Positions 30,494-40,605 are shown, counted from the stretch's first letter. The stretch: DNA of 64,000 nucleotides from Patescibacteria group bacterium (GCA_040387855.1 JAZKCY010000001.1:317857-381856); one strand, 5' to 3'. Translations and numbers: made by a program. Notes: generated from the letters alone by a model not told the origin.

Positions 30494-32986
30494 TTAAGTT
30501 AGCTTTTTTATTACAATACTATCCTGATTTGTTTCATCAAATGTCTTCAAAAGTTCAGTAGCACGAGATGTAACATTTTGTGGAATCCCCGCAAGCTTTG
30601 CAACTGCAATAGCATAACTTCCATGCGCGCCTCCTCTTGTTAATCTATATAAAAATACCGGATTAGAATTTGATTCCTCAATTGCCATGTGATAGTTTTT
30701 TATCTTTTCAGGATAGTGAGATTCCAGTTGTTGGAGCTCGTGATAGTGTGTTGCAAAAAGAGTTTTTGCAGATTTATTATTCTGAGTTACCAAATATTCT
30801 GCAACAGCCCAGGCAATACTGATTCCGTCATAAGTGCTTGTACCTCTTCCAATTTCATCCATAATAATTAAGCTATCTTGAGTGGCATGATGAAGGATAT
30901 ATGCAGTCTCAACCATCTCCACCATAAATGTAGAAAGTCCTCGGCCGATACTATCTGCAGCACCAGAACGTACAAAGATACGATCAACTAATGAAATGGA
31001 TGCACGCTTGGCTGGCACAAAACTCCCCATATGTGCCATAAGAGTAATGAGAGCAACTTGTCGCATGTACACACTCTTACCAGCCATATTTGGGCCTGTG
31101 AGCATTAGAAGCTGATGATCCTGATTATTTAAATTAGTATTGTTTGGAACAAAAGAAGTATCACGCAATTGTTCTACAACTGGATGTCGACCGTCTTCTA
31201 TTTTTAGCTCACTAGGTGAATCAGGATTTCCTGAAGAGGTTATTTCAGGTTTTACGTAGCGCTCATGTTCTGCCGTTGTTGCAAAACTAATAATGCAATC
31301 AAGTTCGGCAACAGCATGAGCAACTTCTTGAATCCTTTTTGTATGACTTAAAATAAAATAGAGCATCTCCAAAAAGAGCGCGTATTCTTTTTTATTAATT
31401 AAATCTTCGCCATGAAGAACTTTGTCTTCATAAGTTTGAAGTTCGTGGGTGATATATCGCTCGGCATTTACGGTAGTCTGCTTTCTTATATAATCTGAGG
31501 GTACTAAATGCGTATTTGATTTACTGATTTCTATGTAATAACCAAACACACTGTTAAATCTAACTTTAAGTGAACCAATACCAGATCGCTCACGCTCGCG
31601 TTGCTCAAGATTTGCAATCCATACTTGGCTATCACGAATGCTGTCGCGGAGGGCATCAAGTTCTGGATTCACTCCCGATTTCATAAGTCCACCTTCACGA
31701 GATTCAATTGGGGGTTCAGGCACCAGCCGTTCATCAATATAATTAGCAACATGAATAATCTCTGGAATTGTTTTTAATTTATCTTGTATAAATGAAGAAG
31801 GGGAACTTATAGAATTTAATAACTCATAAACTTGTGACGCAGAAAAAAGTGTTGATTTTAAGTTTATTAAATCATGTGGAGTACCAATGCCAACAGAAAG
31901 GCGTGAGACTATTCGTTCAATGTCATACATTCGTGCAAGTTCGAGACGCACTTTTTCTCGAAGTGATCGTTCATGCAATACACATTCAACAGCGTTGAGA
32001 CGAGCTTCTATGTGTTTTTTATTTCGTAAAGGCTCACGAATCCATCGGCGAAGGAGACGTCCTCCCATTGCTGTTCGGGTTTCATCAATGCAGTGTACGA
32101 AAGAGCCAATCTCTTCGTTGTCTCTAATAGTTGAAAAAAGTTCAAGATTAGAAATAGTAGAAGCATCGAGAACAACATGCTCATCAGGAGAGTATGTTTT
32201 AAGTGTATTAATATGCCCAATATTATCTTTTTGAGTGTGTGAGAGATATCCAAGTAATGCTCCTGCCACACGTACTGCCATTGGTTTATCATGCAAGCCA
32301 AAGCTTCTCAGTGTCTTAATTGAAAAATGCTTTTTTAATTTTGTTTCAGCTTGTTCTGCATGAGTATCCCATTCAGGGAAATGATAGACATTACTATTTT
32401 TTGTAGAAGTTAAGAGGCCAAGTAACTCTGCATCATTGTAAAGTTCAGAATTTAAAATACACTCTGATGGCATAAATCGCGCGAGCTCATTATTCAAGAT
32501 ATGAGTAAAATTTTCAGAGTAGGGGATTTCAGTTACTTGAAAATCTCCTGTAGATACATCTGCTACGGCAAATGCTATTGTTGATTCATTCTTAGTAATG
32601 CTCATCGTGTAGTTGTGTTCTTTTGCACGCAATGTTTTTTCATCCAAGATTGACCCAGGAGTAACAATTCTTACAACATCTCTTTGTACTATACCTTTCA
32701 AACTTGGATCACTCACTTGTTCACAGATTGCAACCTTGTGTCCCATTTTTACGAGCTTGGCGATGTAACCATCAGCAGCATGAAAGGGAACACCTGCCAT
32801 AGGAATATCTCCATCTTTTCCCCGAGGTCGTCGGGTAAGTACTATTTCCAAAGCTTTTGCTCCAACAATTGCATCATCTAAAAATAATTCATAAAAATCG
32901 CCAAGTCTAAAAAACAGCAAGCAATCTGGATATTGCTGTTTAATATTCATGTACTGTTGCATCATGGGAGTAGAGAACTCACGCAT
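30494..32986 (-). CDS. mutS: DNA mismatch repair protein MutS
   Basis: TPMMQQY, GDFYELF, TGPNMAGKS, DEIGRGTSTYDG, FATHYHEL; leaderless start (TATACT+8 nt+ATG). Confidence 0.97.
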   Translation of the reverse strand: MREFSTPMMQQYMNIKQQYPDCLLFFRLGDFYELFLDDAIVGAKALEIVLTRRPRGKDGDIPMAGVPFHAADGYIAKLVKMGHKVAICEQVSDPSLKGIVQRDVVRIVTPGSILDEKTLRAKEHNYTMSITKNESTIAFAVADVSTGDFQVTEIPYSENFTHILNNELARFMPSECILNSELYNDAELLGLLTSTKNSNVYHFPEWDTHAEQAETKLKKHFSIKTLRSFGLHDKPMAVRVAGALLGYLSHTQKDNIGHINTLKTYSPDEHVVLDASTISNLELFSTIRDNEEIGSFVHCIDETRTAMGGRLLRRWIREPLRNKKHIEARLNAVECVLHERSLREKVRLELARMYDIERIVSRLSVGIGTPHDLINLKSTLFSASQVYELLNSISSPSSFIQDKLKTIPEIIHVANYIDERLVPEPPIESREGGLMKSGVNPELDALRDSIRDSQVWIANLEQRERERSGIGSLKVRFNSVFGYYIEISKSNTHLVPSDYIRKQTTVNAERYITHELQTYEDKVLHGEDLINKKEYALFLEMLYFILSHTKRIQEVAHAVAELDCIISFATTAEHERYVKPEITSSGNPDSPSELKIEDGRHPVVEQLRDTSFVPNNTNLNNQDHQLLMLTGPNMAGKSVYMRQVALITLMAHMGSFVPAKRASISLVDRIFVRSGAADSIGRGLSTFMVEMVETAYILHHATQDSLIIMDEIGRGTSTYDGISIAWAVAEYLVTQNNKSAKTLFATHYHELQQLESHYPEKIKNYHMAIEESNSNPVFLYRLTRGGAHGSYAIAVAKLAGIPQNVTSRATELLKTFDETNQDSIVIKKLT

Positions 32987-33131
32987 ATGTTCATAGTATA
33001 CATGAAATTATGATCAAGATTGCTGCCATTGCTAAAAGGAGTAATCTGTCCTATAGTACTGATCAGGAGGAGTTGCGGTGGACTGCAGCTCTAAGTCCTA
33101 ATGACAGTGGACAATGTGTGGAGTGTCACTC

Positions 33132-33932
33132 ATGGCACGCACGTATATCGAGAGTCTCGAGAATCGAAGCCATCTTTCTGGTACCTTTGAGGTGTCGGGC
33201 CTGGGTACAACGTACGTGGGCAGGATCAAGATCGAGGTTGAGATCGGTACGGTGACGATCACGGGGACCAAAGGCCCCGACGTGATCGACGCCAAGGTCG
33301 TGAGCGGTAAGAACGCAAGCACGCTCGAGGTCAACGGCAAGAAGGTCACTGTTCCTGCCCGCTTCCACTCCTTCATCATGAAGGGGATGCTCGGCAAGGA
33401 CGACATGACGCTCAACACCCGGGGGTTCCTTCGGAACGAGACGTTGACGTTGATCTACGGCGACGACCCCGACAACTACGAGGTGGGGAGTGCCGACACG
33501 ATCCGTGGCTACTTCGACGGCGAAGGCCTCATCGAGGCTGGCGCAGGTGACGACTTCGTTACTGGCATCGGCCAGCCTGCTACCGGCTTCGGTCGCGTCG
33601 TAAACTTCAACGGTGGCTCGGGCAACGACGTCATTCTCGGTACGTCCGGGGACGACATCCTTACCGGTGGCACTGGCAAGAACAAGATCTATGGCCTGGG
33701 TGGCAACGACATCCTGGTCAGCGAAGGTGGCTTCGACGAGTTGTGGGGAGGGGCCGGCGACGACCAGCTCTTCACAACTGCGAACTACCTCACCACGGGC
33801 CCGACCGTTAGTGGGCTCTTCCGTGGAGGTCCTGGGATCGATCTTGTCGTGGTCTACGATGTGATCGATCCGTCGATCCTCGACTATCTCGACACTCGTA
33901 CCGTGGAGGACATCTACTTCACGTTTGGCTAA
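33132..33932 (+). CDS. RTX/hemolysin-type Ca-binding repeat protein with planctomycete-type N-terminal motif
   Basis: MARTYIESLENRSHLS; GGSGND, GLGGND and GGAGDD nonapeptides; SD GGAG; GC-rich. Confidence 0.8.
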   Translation: MARTYIESLENRSHLSGTFEVSGLGTTYVGRIKIEVEIGTVTITGTKGPDVIDAKVVSGKNASTLEVNGKKVTVPARFHSFIMKGMLGKDDMTLNTRGFLRNETLTLIYGDDPDNYEVGSADTIRGYFDGEGLIEAGAGDDFVTGIGQPATGFGRVVNFNGGSGNDVILGTSGDDILTGGTGKNKIYGLGGNDILVSEGGFDELWGGAGDDQLFTTANYLTTGPTVSGLFRGGPGIDLVVVYDVIDPSILDYLDTRTVEDIYFTFG

Positions 33933-34037
33933 TAACAAGGTCAATAGAACATTAATGTACATCAACACAGCATATCCTCATGAGGGGAGATGCTGTTTTT
34001 TATTGTCTATAGTAACTATTTATACTACACCATATGC

Positions 34038-34066
34038 TTGACTTTTAATCTAATATATGCTATTAT
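34038..34066 (+). promoter_or_regulatory. sigma70 promoter for 34162 gene
   Basis: TTGACT-N17-TATTAT with extended TG. Confidence 0.75.
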
Positions 34067-34161
34067 ACACAACGAATGACCCCGCGTGTGCGGAGGTCTA
34101 TGTTCCCAGAGATTTGGCAAGTTTGCCATTCTCAGTCTGATTTCACTCTCGGAGACTCGAA

Positions 34162-35139
34162 ATGTCCAACATCCTCAGCCTCATCGTCGCTTCCGTCAAG
34201 AAGGCCCTCACCCCCGCCAACAACCCGATCGCACAGGCCATCCGGCCCGTCGTGATCGAGAAGATGGAAGGGCGGACCCTCTTCGCGGTCGCGCCGGCCC
34301 CGATCGAGATGCCGTCGATCAGCGTCGACCTGTTCAACGGGTCGATCAACGTCAACGGCACCAGCAAGTCCGACACCGTCAAGGTGTTCGGGCGAGTGGT
34401 CACCAAGACCGTCAACACCGACATGGGACTCGTCTCGTTCCCGGTGCTGAAGGCCGACTTCGTCGTCAACGGCATGTTGTTCTCCTACACGGGGGCCAAC
34501 AGCAGCGAGTGGTTCACCGTGAACACCGGCGCCGGCAACGACGTGGTGGAGGTGAGCATCGTGACCGGAGGTGCCTTCGGGTACTACGCCGGGTTGATCA
34601 ACACGGGCGCCGGTCTCGACAAGGTCCTCCTCAACCAGGCGGACCAGAGCGTGACCGTCGACACCGGCAACGACGCCGACTACGTGAAGGAGCTCGACGA
34701 CCCCAACAAGGCCCGTCACAACATCCTTCTCGGCAGCGGCAACGACGTCGCGGTGGTCGTGGACGACTACGTCGACGCCGGCAGCGGTGACGACAAGGTC
34801 TACGCGGCCCACAGCATCTTCGCCAACCCGAAGGACAACTTCGGTTCCGTGATCTACGCCGGCGACGGCAACGACACGGTCTACGGCGGTACCGGCGATG
34901 ACTTCATCTCCGGTGGCCGCGGCAAGGACACGATGTTCGCCGGGCTCGGGAACGACACGTTCCTGTACAACGCGTACGAGGTGAAGGACCCGGACAACGC
35001 CAACGGCGGCGCCGGTACCGACTCGGCCGTGCAGTACATCGACATCTCGCGTGGCGAGACGTTGGTGAAGTACCCCGGCATCTTCTCGAGCGTCGAGATC
35101 AAGACGTCGTACAAGTTCGACGGCAACAGCAAGGGCTGA
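34162..35139 (+). CDS. RTX Ca-binding repeat protein with planctomycete-type N-terminal motif
   Basis: RPVVIEKMEGRTLFA; repeated TGAGND, AGSGDD, AGDGND and GGTGDD; SD GGAG; strong GC3 bias. Confidence 0.85.
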   Translation: MSNILSLIVASVKKALTPANNPIAQAIRPVVIEKMEGRTLFAVAPAPIEMPSISVDLFNGSINVNGTSKSDTVKVFGRVVTKTVNTDMGLVSFPVLKADFVVNGMLFSYTGANSSEWFTVNTGAGNDVVEVSIVTGGAFGYYAGLINTGAGLDKVLLNQADQSVTVDTGNDADYVKELDDPNKARHNILLGSGNDVAVVVDDYVDAGSGDDKVYAAHSIFANPKDNFGSVIYAGDGNDTVYGGTGDDFISGGRGKDTMFAGLGNDTFLYNAYEVKDPDNANGGAGTDSAVQYIDISRGETLVKYPGIFSSVEIKTSYKFDGNSKG

Positions 35140-35402
35140 ACAAGCCCCGGCTAGAACGACAACGGACATACCAAGTACCTTAAACTAGTGCGAGTCACAC
35201 GGCTCACAAGCACGACGGCGATCTCTATGAGGTCGCCGTTTACATTTTTGGATGATTTTGAATATAAATTACTTGCCATAAATCATATTATATGGTATTT
35301 TCTTTTTAGAAAGGCGCCACGTTGTGTGGCGCTTCGTCCGATAGGAAAGATTAAGGTAGTACTGCGGTAGTACCTCAATCTAGAATCTAGCAGGAGTGTT
35401 CT

Positions 35403-36335
35403 ATGTTTCTCTCCCAGATCAAGCAGCACCTCGTGTGCTCGATGGGTCTCACCAGCCGCGCCCCCAAGCGTGGTTCGGCTCCCAAGCGTCAGGCGCCGCC
35501 GGTTCGTCCGGTCGTCGAAACGCTCGAGAGCCTGCAGTACATGTCGGCGACGATCCATGACGTCAACGCCAACGGCGACGTCGTCGTTGAAGTCACGGGT
35601 GACGTCGGGTTCTCGAAGAGCTACACCGTGGTCACCGCGTCCAACAACGCGGATGGCATGGCGACGCTCACCGTCTCGCACGGGTACTTGAACCCCGTTG
35701 TCACCACATGGTCGGCCTCGGTCGACACCCCGATCTTCGGGGTCCTGATCCAAGGCGACGGCACCAACAACGAGATCTTCCTCAACGGGCAGACGTCGGT
35801 GTTCGGTGGAGCGCTGATCAGCGTGGACAGCGGAGATGGCAACGACCTGATCGGGGCCGCCGTCGACACCTCGGTGATGCTCAACGGTGGTGCCGGCAAC
35901 GACGGGATCATCTGCGGTGGCATGGCTGCCCTCGCCGAGGGCAGCAGCCCGGTTTTCATCTCCGGTGGCAGTGGCAACGACAACCTGCAGGGCAGTCAGG
36001 GCTTCGACGTCATCAACGGCGGCAGCGGCAACGACTACCTGCAGGGTAACACCGGCAACGATCAGCTCTTCGGCGGGTCGGGCAACGACCGGCTGTGGGG
36101 CAACCAGGGGGACGACTCCCTCAACGGCGGTGTCGGCGACGACTACCTGCGCGGCAACAGCGGCAACGACGTCTACTACCTCGACCTGACCTTCAGGTAC
36201 CAGGGCCGTGAGGTGTTGGATGACACCAGCGGCCGCGACTCGATCTACTACGCGAAGGACACCAACTTCAAGGACATGACGATCAAGGGCCGCTTCGAGG
36301 TCTACCGGCTCGTCCCGAATGCGCCCGGCGTTTGA
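35403..36335 (+). CDS. RTX Ca-binding repeat protein with planctomycete-type N-terminal motif
   Basis: Basic leader then RPVVETLESLQYMSA; many GGSGNDxLxG repeats; SD AGGAG. Confidence 0.85.
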   Translation: MFLSQIKQHLVCSMGLTSRAPKRGSAPKRQAPPVRPVVETLESLQYMSATIHDVNANGDVVVEVTGDVGFSKSYTVVTASNNADGMATLTVSHGYLNPVVTTWSASVDTPIFGVLIQGDGTNNEIFLNGQTSVFGGALISVDSGDGNDLIGAAVDTSVMLNGGAGNDGIICGGMAALAEGSSPVFISGGSGNDNLQGSQGFDVINGGSGNDYLQGNTGNDQLFGGSGNDRLWGNQGDDSLNGGVGDDYLRGNSGNDVYYLDLTFRYQGREVLDDTSGRDSIYYAKDTNFKDMTIKGRFEVYRLVPNAPGV

Positions 36336-36532
36336 GCAGTACTGAGCATGAGGCTCGGTCAAAGTGACCCTTGGGAAAGAGGATTTGTATGTACAACAAC
36401 GTGACAGGATGTCACATAAAGCAGCGACTTTGGGTAAAACCGGGTCGCTGCTTTCAATTTTCATAAAATCATGGGTTTATAGTATAGTTATTTCTACGTG
36501 TGTTTTTATTTCAATAATTAGTTTTATAAAGT

Positions 36533-37342
36533 ATGGATTCTACAAAAACAGGAAGAGTGGAAGGGAAGATCGCCCTTGTCACAGGTGCTGCTGATGGAAT
36601 TGGAAAAGCTATTGCAACCAAGCTTGCAGCAGAAGGTGCTACAGTAATAGTTGCCGACATTAATGCAGAACTAGGAACTAAAACTGCAGAGGAATTACGT
36701 GGGGTTTTTATGTCTCTTGATGTGAGTAATGAAGGTGCATGGCAAGATGCAGCGAGCTACATAACTAAAAATTACGGGCATCTCAATATTTTAGTAAACA
36801 ATGCCGGTATCATTGGTAAGGGAGCTCAAGATCCTGAAAATGCATCACTTACTGATTGGCAGGTGATTCATAAAATAAATCTCGACAGTGTGTTTCTTGG
36901 GTGCAAATATGCTATTAAGCTTATGAAAGAAAAGGGAGGTTCTATTGTAAATATGTCATCACGATCAGGAATAGTAGGCGTGCCAGGAGCTGCTGCATAT
37001 GCTTCAACAAAAGCTGCTGTACGAAATCATACAAAATCTGTAGCGCTCTATTGTGCACAGCAAGGATATCCTATTCGATGTAACTCAGTCCATCCTGCAT
37101 CTATCCTCACTGCAATGTGGAAAAATATGTTGGGTGAAGGGGAAGCGTATACAGAAAATCTTAAAAAGTTTGCTAAAGATATTCCAATGCAGCGATTTGG
37201 TACTCCAGAGGAAGTAGCTGCTGCTGTTTTATTCTTGGCTTCTGATGAATCATCTTACACAACTGGATCAGAACTCAATGTAGATGGAGGAATTTTGGCC
37301 GGAACGACAACAAGCCCCGATACAGGGCTTGAGAAGAAGTAA
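36533..37342 (+). CDS. Short-chain dehydrogenase/reductase
   Basis: TGAADGIG, NNAG, YASTK, NSVHP, TGSELNVDGG. Confidence 0.93.
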   Translation: MDSTKTGRVEGKIALVTGAADGIGKAIATKLAAEGATVIVADINAELGTKTAEELRGVFMSLDVSNEGAWQDAASYITKNYGHLNILVNNAGIIGKGAQDPENASLTDWQVIHKINLDSVFLGCKYAIKLMKEKGGSIVNMSSRSGIVGVPGAAAYASTKAAVRNHTKSVALYCAQQGYPIRCNSVHPASILTAMWKNMLGEGEAYTENLKKFAKDIPMQRFGTPEEVAAAVLFLASDESSYTTGSELNVDGGILAGTTTSPDTGLEKK

Positions 37343-37354
37343 AAGAGTTAATTA

Positions 37355-37723
37355 TTATGCAGTAGGTGTAAGACTTTTTTCTACGACATCGAGAAGGTGT
37401 CGACTGCTAAAAGGTTTGGAAACAAAGGTGTTGACGCCATAGGCTTCAATGCCTTTTTCCATATTATGATTTGCCGAAATCATAATAATTGGAATAGCTT
37501 TGGTTTCATCTTTTGATTTAAGTTCTTTAGCAATTTCACGGCCGTCTAAACCAGCAAGCATAACATCCATGAGAATGAGATCAGGCTTAAATGTGTTTAC
37601 AAGTTCGATAGTCTCTTCTCCTTTAAGAGTATATTTGGTTTCGTATCCTGCATTTTTCAACACCATCTCGATTCCTTTGGTAATAGGAAGATCATCATCA
37701 ACCACAAGAATTTTCTTATTCAT
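37355..37723 (-). CDS. Single-domain response regulator (receiver)
   Basis: VVDDD, LMDV, ISA, SKPF. Confidence 0.92.
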   Translation of the reverse strand: MNKKILVVDDDLPITKGIEMVLKNAGYETKYTLKGEETIELVNTFKPDLILMDVMLAGLDGREIAKELKSKDETKAIPIIMISANHNMEKGIEAYGVNTFVSKPFSSRHLLDVVEKSLTPTA

Positions 37724-37963
37724 TTAATATCCGTATTGATTATATTTAAAACCCTGTATACTTCTATTTTCGCTGGAAGTATCCTTAATGTCAATAAGAC
37801 TCAGTTTTTCTCCACGAGCTGCTTTCTCCCATGACTTTCGGAAAAAGTCTTTTGTTAGTTCGATTGATTTACTTCGACTGTCTGTTTTCTCAAAAAACGT
37901 AGAGAAAACACTATCTGCAGTATCTTCATAGAATCGAAGGAATTTTTCTTGTGTATTTCTCAT
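37724..37963 (-). CDS. Small protein resembling ECF sigma region 2 only
   Basis: FLRFYEDTADSVF...IELTKDFFRKSWE resembles the ECF region-2 pattern Y..+...+F....DL.Q+.F.+.W; start 37963 follows TATACT+6 nt. Confidence 0.5.
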   Translation of the reverse strand: MRNTQEKFLRFYEDTADSVFSTFFEKTDSRSKSIELTKDFFRKSWEKAARGEKLSLIDIKDTSSENRSIQGFKYNQYGY

Positions 37964-38022
37964 ATATTCAGTATAGATGCTAGGTATGAAGATTAAATGA
38001 AGGGGTCTTAACAATAAATCTT

Positions 38023-38241
38023 CTAATCAAGTTTTTGTACTTCAGCTCTAAATTCCTCAAGCATTTCAAGCATTTTAGCTTGGGACTTATCAATATCTTC
38101 TAAAATTTCTTTTTGCTGAGGGGTAAGATCTCCTGCCATTCCACCAATGAGCATATCCAAAAAAAGCTTTGATGAGGCAAGGGGAGTTCGTAGCTCATGT
38201 GATAGGTGAGAGAACAATTTTTTTGCTGAAGAATCAGACAT
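38023..38241 (-). CDS. Stand-alone HisKA (DHp) domain protein
   Basis: LSHELRTPL H-box; 72 aa with no ATPase domain. Confidence 0.8.
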   Translation of the reverse strand: MSDSSAKKLFSHLSHELRTPLASSKLFLDMLIGGMAGDLTPQQKEILEDIDKSQAKMLEMLEEFRAEVQKLD

Positions 38242-38596
38242 GTTTTTTGATTGTTATTAGTAGTGAATCTAGATTGAATGGCTTTGCTATAAAATCATCA
38301 GCACCTGCATCCTTAACCGATTGTTCAGCTCCTGGATGAGCCGACATCATAATAATTGGAATTTGCTGTGTGGCTTTCTGACTTTTAAGCTTTTTACATA
38401 TTTCGCGGCCGTCCTTACCAGAAAGGAGGATGTCGAGGAGTATGAGATCAGGAAGAGCTTTTTTGTTTTTTTCAATTGCCTCAATCTCTTCTGGGTGTTC
38501 TGCTGCCACAACTTCATATCCAGAATACTCAAGAGTAAAACGCATGGCTTCCATGATGCTGTGATCATCTTCAATTACCAGGATCTTTTTACTCAT
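38234..38596 (-). CDS. Single-domain response regulator (receiver)
   Basis: VIEDD, LLDI, MSA, AKPF; start at MSKK (38596). Confidence 0.92.
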   Translation of the reverse strand: MSKKILVIEDDHSIMEAMRFTLEYSGYEVVAAEHPEEIEAIEKNKKALPDLILLDILLSGKDGREICKKLKSQKATQQIPIIMMSAHPGAEQSVKDAGADDFIAKPFNLDSLLITIKKHV

Positions 38597-40223
38597 GTGT
38601 TTGTTTTGTGAAAGGCATAGTAAAGCAAAACTTTGATCCCTTTCCCTTAATACTTTTAACATCTATTTTGCCATGATGTCTTCGAACTATTTCGGAAGAT
38701 ATATAGAGTCCAATTCCGAGTCCAGGAAATGTACGTGCTTCCGGACCCGACACTCTATAAAAACGTGTAAAGATTTTCTTTTGCTGTTCTTTTGTGATGC
38801 CTATACCGTAGTCTTGAACAGTAATTTCTGCATTATGTTTTGTTTCACCAACATGAACAACTACTTTATGTGCCTCTGGTGAGTATTTTATCGCATTCGT
38901 TAGTAAATTTGTAATTACTTGTGCAATACGATATTTGTCACCCCATACTTTCTTTGTGAGAGTGCCTTTGATTGTAATCTTGTGTTGAATTGAACTTGCC
39001 TGAACACTTTCGATTGTATCTACAACAACTTCTTGTAAATCAAAAAATTCCTCATGAAATTCCAGCTTACCCAACTGTAATTTTGAAATATTGAGAAGAT
39101 CATCAATAAGCAGCGTGAGTTTATTAATTTGGGTTTCCATCTTTTTAAGTGGAATGATCATTTGATCTTCACCTTTTCGTTTCATCTGCTCTAGAATAAC
39201 CTGCGTGTACATTTTTAAAGAGGTGACTGGGGTTTTCAATTCATGACTTGCAACACTAATAAACTCATCACGAACTGAAACTGCTTTTTGAGATTCTGTA
39301 AACAAACGTGCATTGTGAATAGCGAGTGCCGCCCGAGCTGCAACTTCTTGTGCAACAGTGAGATCTGCTTGTGTATATTTTCGCCCCGATTCTGAATAAA
39401 TAAAACTGATTGCACCAACAGGCTTATCTTGAATGATAATTGGAAGCATCATCACCGACGATAGCTGAAGCTTGCGAGCAAGTTTAAGGTGTTCTTCATC
39501 TCGTGCAGAAGCGACAAGCATTTCATCAGTAATAACTGGATAAAATTGTGTTTCACCCTTAGTAAGTACTTTAGTAAGTCCATTAGTCTCATCATTAATA
39601 TCAGGTGGATCTTTTTTGTTGAGTTCAATAGCCCATTTTACTTTTTTGGGGTCTATGTGGGCTACAGCCAATCTATGTATTTGATTATCGGCAGTAAGCA
39701 TATCTACTGCACACCAATCGGCAATCTCAGGTACACCAAGATCCGCAACAGCTTTGAGTGTTTTATTGTAATCAAGTGATGAAGATAATACTTTACTCAC
39801 TTGAGCTAAGTATGAAAGATTTGATTCCACTTGTTTTCGTTCTGTAATATCGATATTAACTCCAATAACCCGAATTGCTTTTTTCTTTGCATTGCGAACT
39901 ATTTTTGCTCGAGTCATCAGATGGTGAACACTTTTATCAGGCCAGATCACTCTGAATTCAATATTAAGTTCATTTTCGTGTTTCAATCCATATGCTGTTG
40001 CATCAGCAACTTTCTTCTTATCCTCAGGGTGAAGTAGTTTTGACCATTCGACGCTATTTTTTCCTTTAAAACCGCCATTTGGAAAGCCATAGAGGGCTTC
40101 AAAACCCTTTGACCATGTTGATATTCCTTTTACAAGATCCCATTCAAAAGTACCAATTTTTCCGGCTTTTTGAATAAATTCATCTTGATCTATGTGGTTT
40201 TGTTCCAAATGTGATGAGGACAT
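38589..40223 (-). CDS. PAS-GAF sensor histidine kinase
   Basis: PAS (LHPED), GAF (ADWCAVD), ASHELKTP, NAIKYS, DYGIG, GLGIGL. Confidence 0.93.
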   Translation of the reverse strand: MSSSHLEQNHIDQDEFIQKAGKIGTFEWDLVKGISTWSKGFEALYGFPNGGFKGKNSVEWSKLLHPEDKKKVADATAYGLKHENELNIEFRVIWPDKSVHHLMTRAKIVRNAKKKAIRVIGVNIDITERKQVESNLSYLAQVSKVLSSSLDYNKTLKAVADLGVPEIADWCAVDMLTADNQIHRLAVAHIDPKKVKWAIELNKKDPPDINDETNGLTKVLTKGETQFYPVITDEMLVASARDEEHLKLARKLQLSSVMMLPIIIQDKPVGAISFIYSESGRKYTQADLTVAQEVAARAALAIHNARLFTESQKAVSVRDEFISVASHELKTPVTSLKMYTQVILEQMKRKGEDQMIIPLKKMETQINKLTLLIDDLLNISKLQLGKLEFHEEFFDLQEVVVDTIESVQASSIQHKITIKGTLTKKVWGDKYRIAQVITNLLTNAIKYSPEAHKVVVHVGETKHNAEITVQDYGIGITKEQQKKIFTRFYRVSGPEARTFPGLGIGLYISSEIVRRHHGKIDVKSIKGKGSKFCFTMPFTKQTHE

Positions 40224-40307
40224 ATACGTAGTCTTTAGACATTGGCATAATACAGTATGGGCTGATACAAGTAAATAAAAACTCCCCACTTGGGGAGTTT
40301 TTGAAAT

Positions 40308-40433
40308 TTATTCAGATTCTTCTTCAGAATCTTGTTCTTCTGTTGGAGCTTGTGTTCCTCCACTATGTGATGCTTTTTGTTCGTCTTTAGAACCTCCTTT
40401 TGAATTTGAGTTAGAATCTCGATTTGATGCCAT
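40308..40433 (-). CDS. Unannotated 41-aa acidic/Gly-Ser hydrophilic protein
   Basis: MASNRDSNSNSKGGSKDEQKASHSGGTQAPTEEQDSEEESE; terminator 40277-40302; ECF-type motif 40475-40500. Confidence 0.55.
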   Translation of the reverse strand: MASNRDSNSNSKGGSKDEQKASHSGGTQAPTEEQDSEEESE

Positions 40434-40605
40434 AAAATTATTTAAATTATGTTACTAATGAACACGCTTTTAATGACGGGCTAGTTTATAACTCCTTACT
40501 TTAATGTTGAGCTGTTTTCATAATTAGACAACACAAAATCTTGTTGAGCATAAGTCTAAACTATACTCTGTAAAAAATAAGCGGTTTCTGCGTCATAGAT
40601 AGCAC

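Noticed and set aside
33126-36464. Long antisense and alternate-frame ORFs over the RTX genes (280, 345, 393 and 234 aa)
   Set aside because: Shadow ORFs caused by high GC3. The plus-strand frames have the SD, motifs and terminators.
36375-36466. Possible 25-aa ORF MYNNVTGCHIKQRLWVKPGRCFQFS after GAGG
   Set aside because: It runs through the terminator and has no other support; probably 3' UTR.
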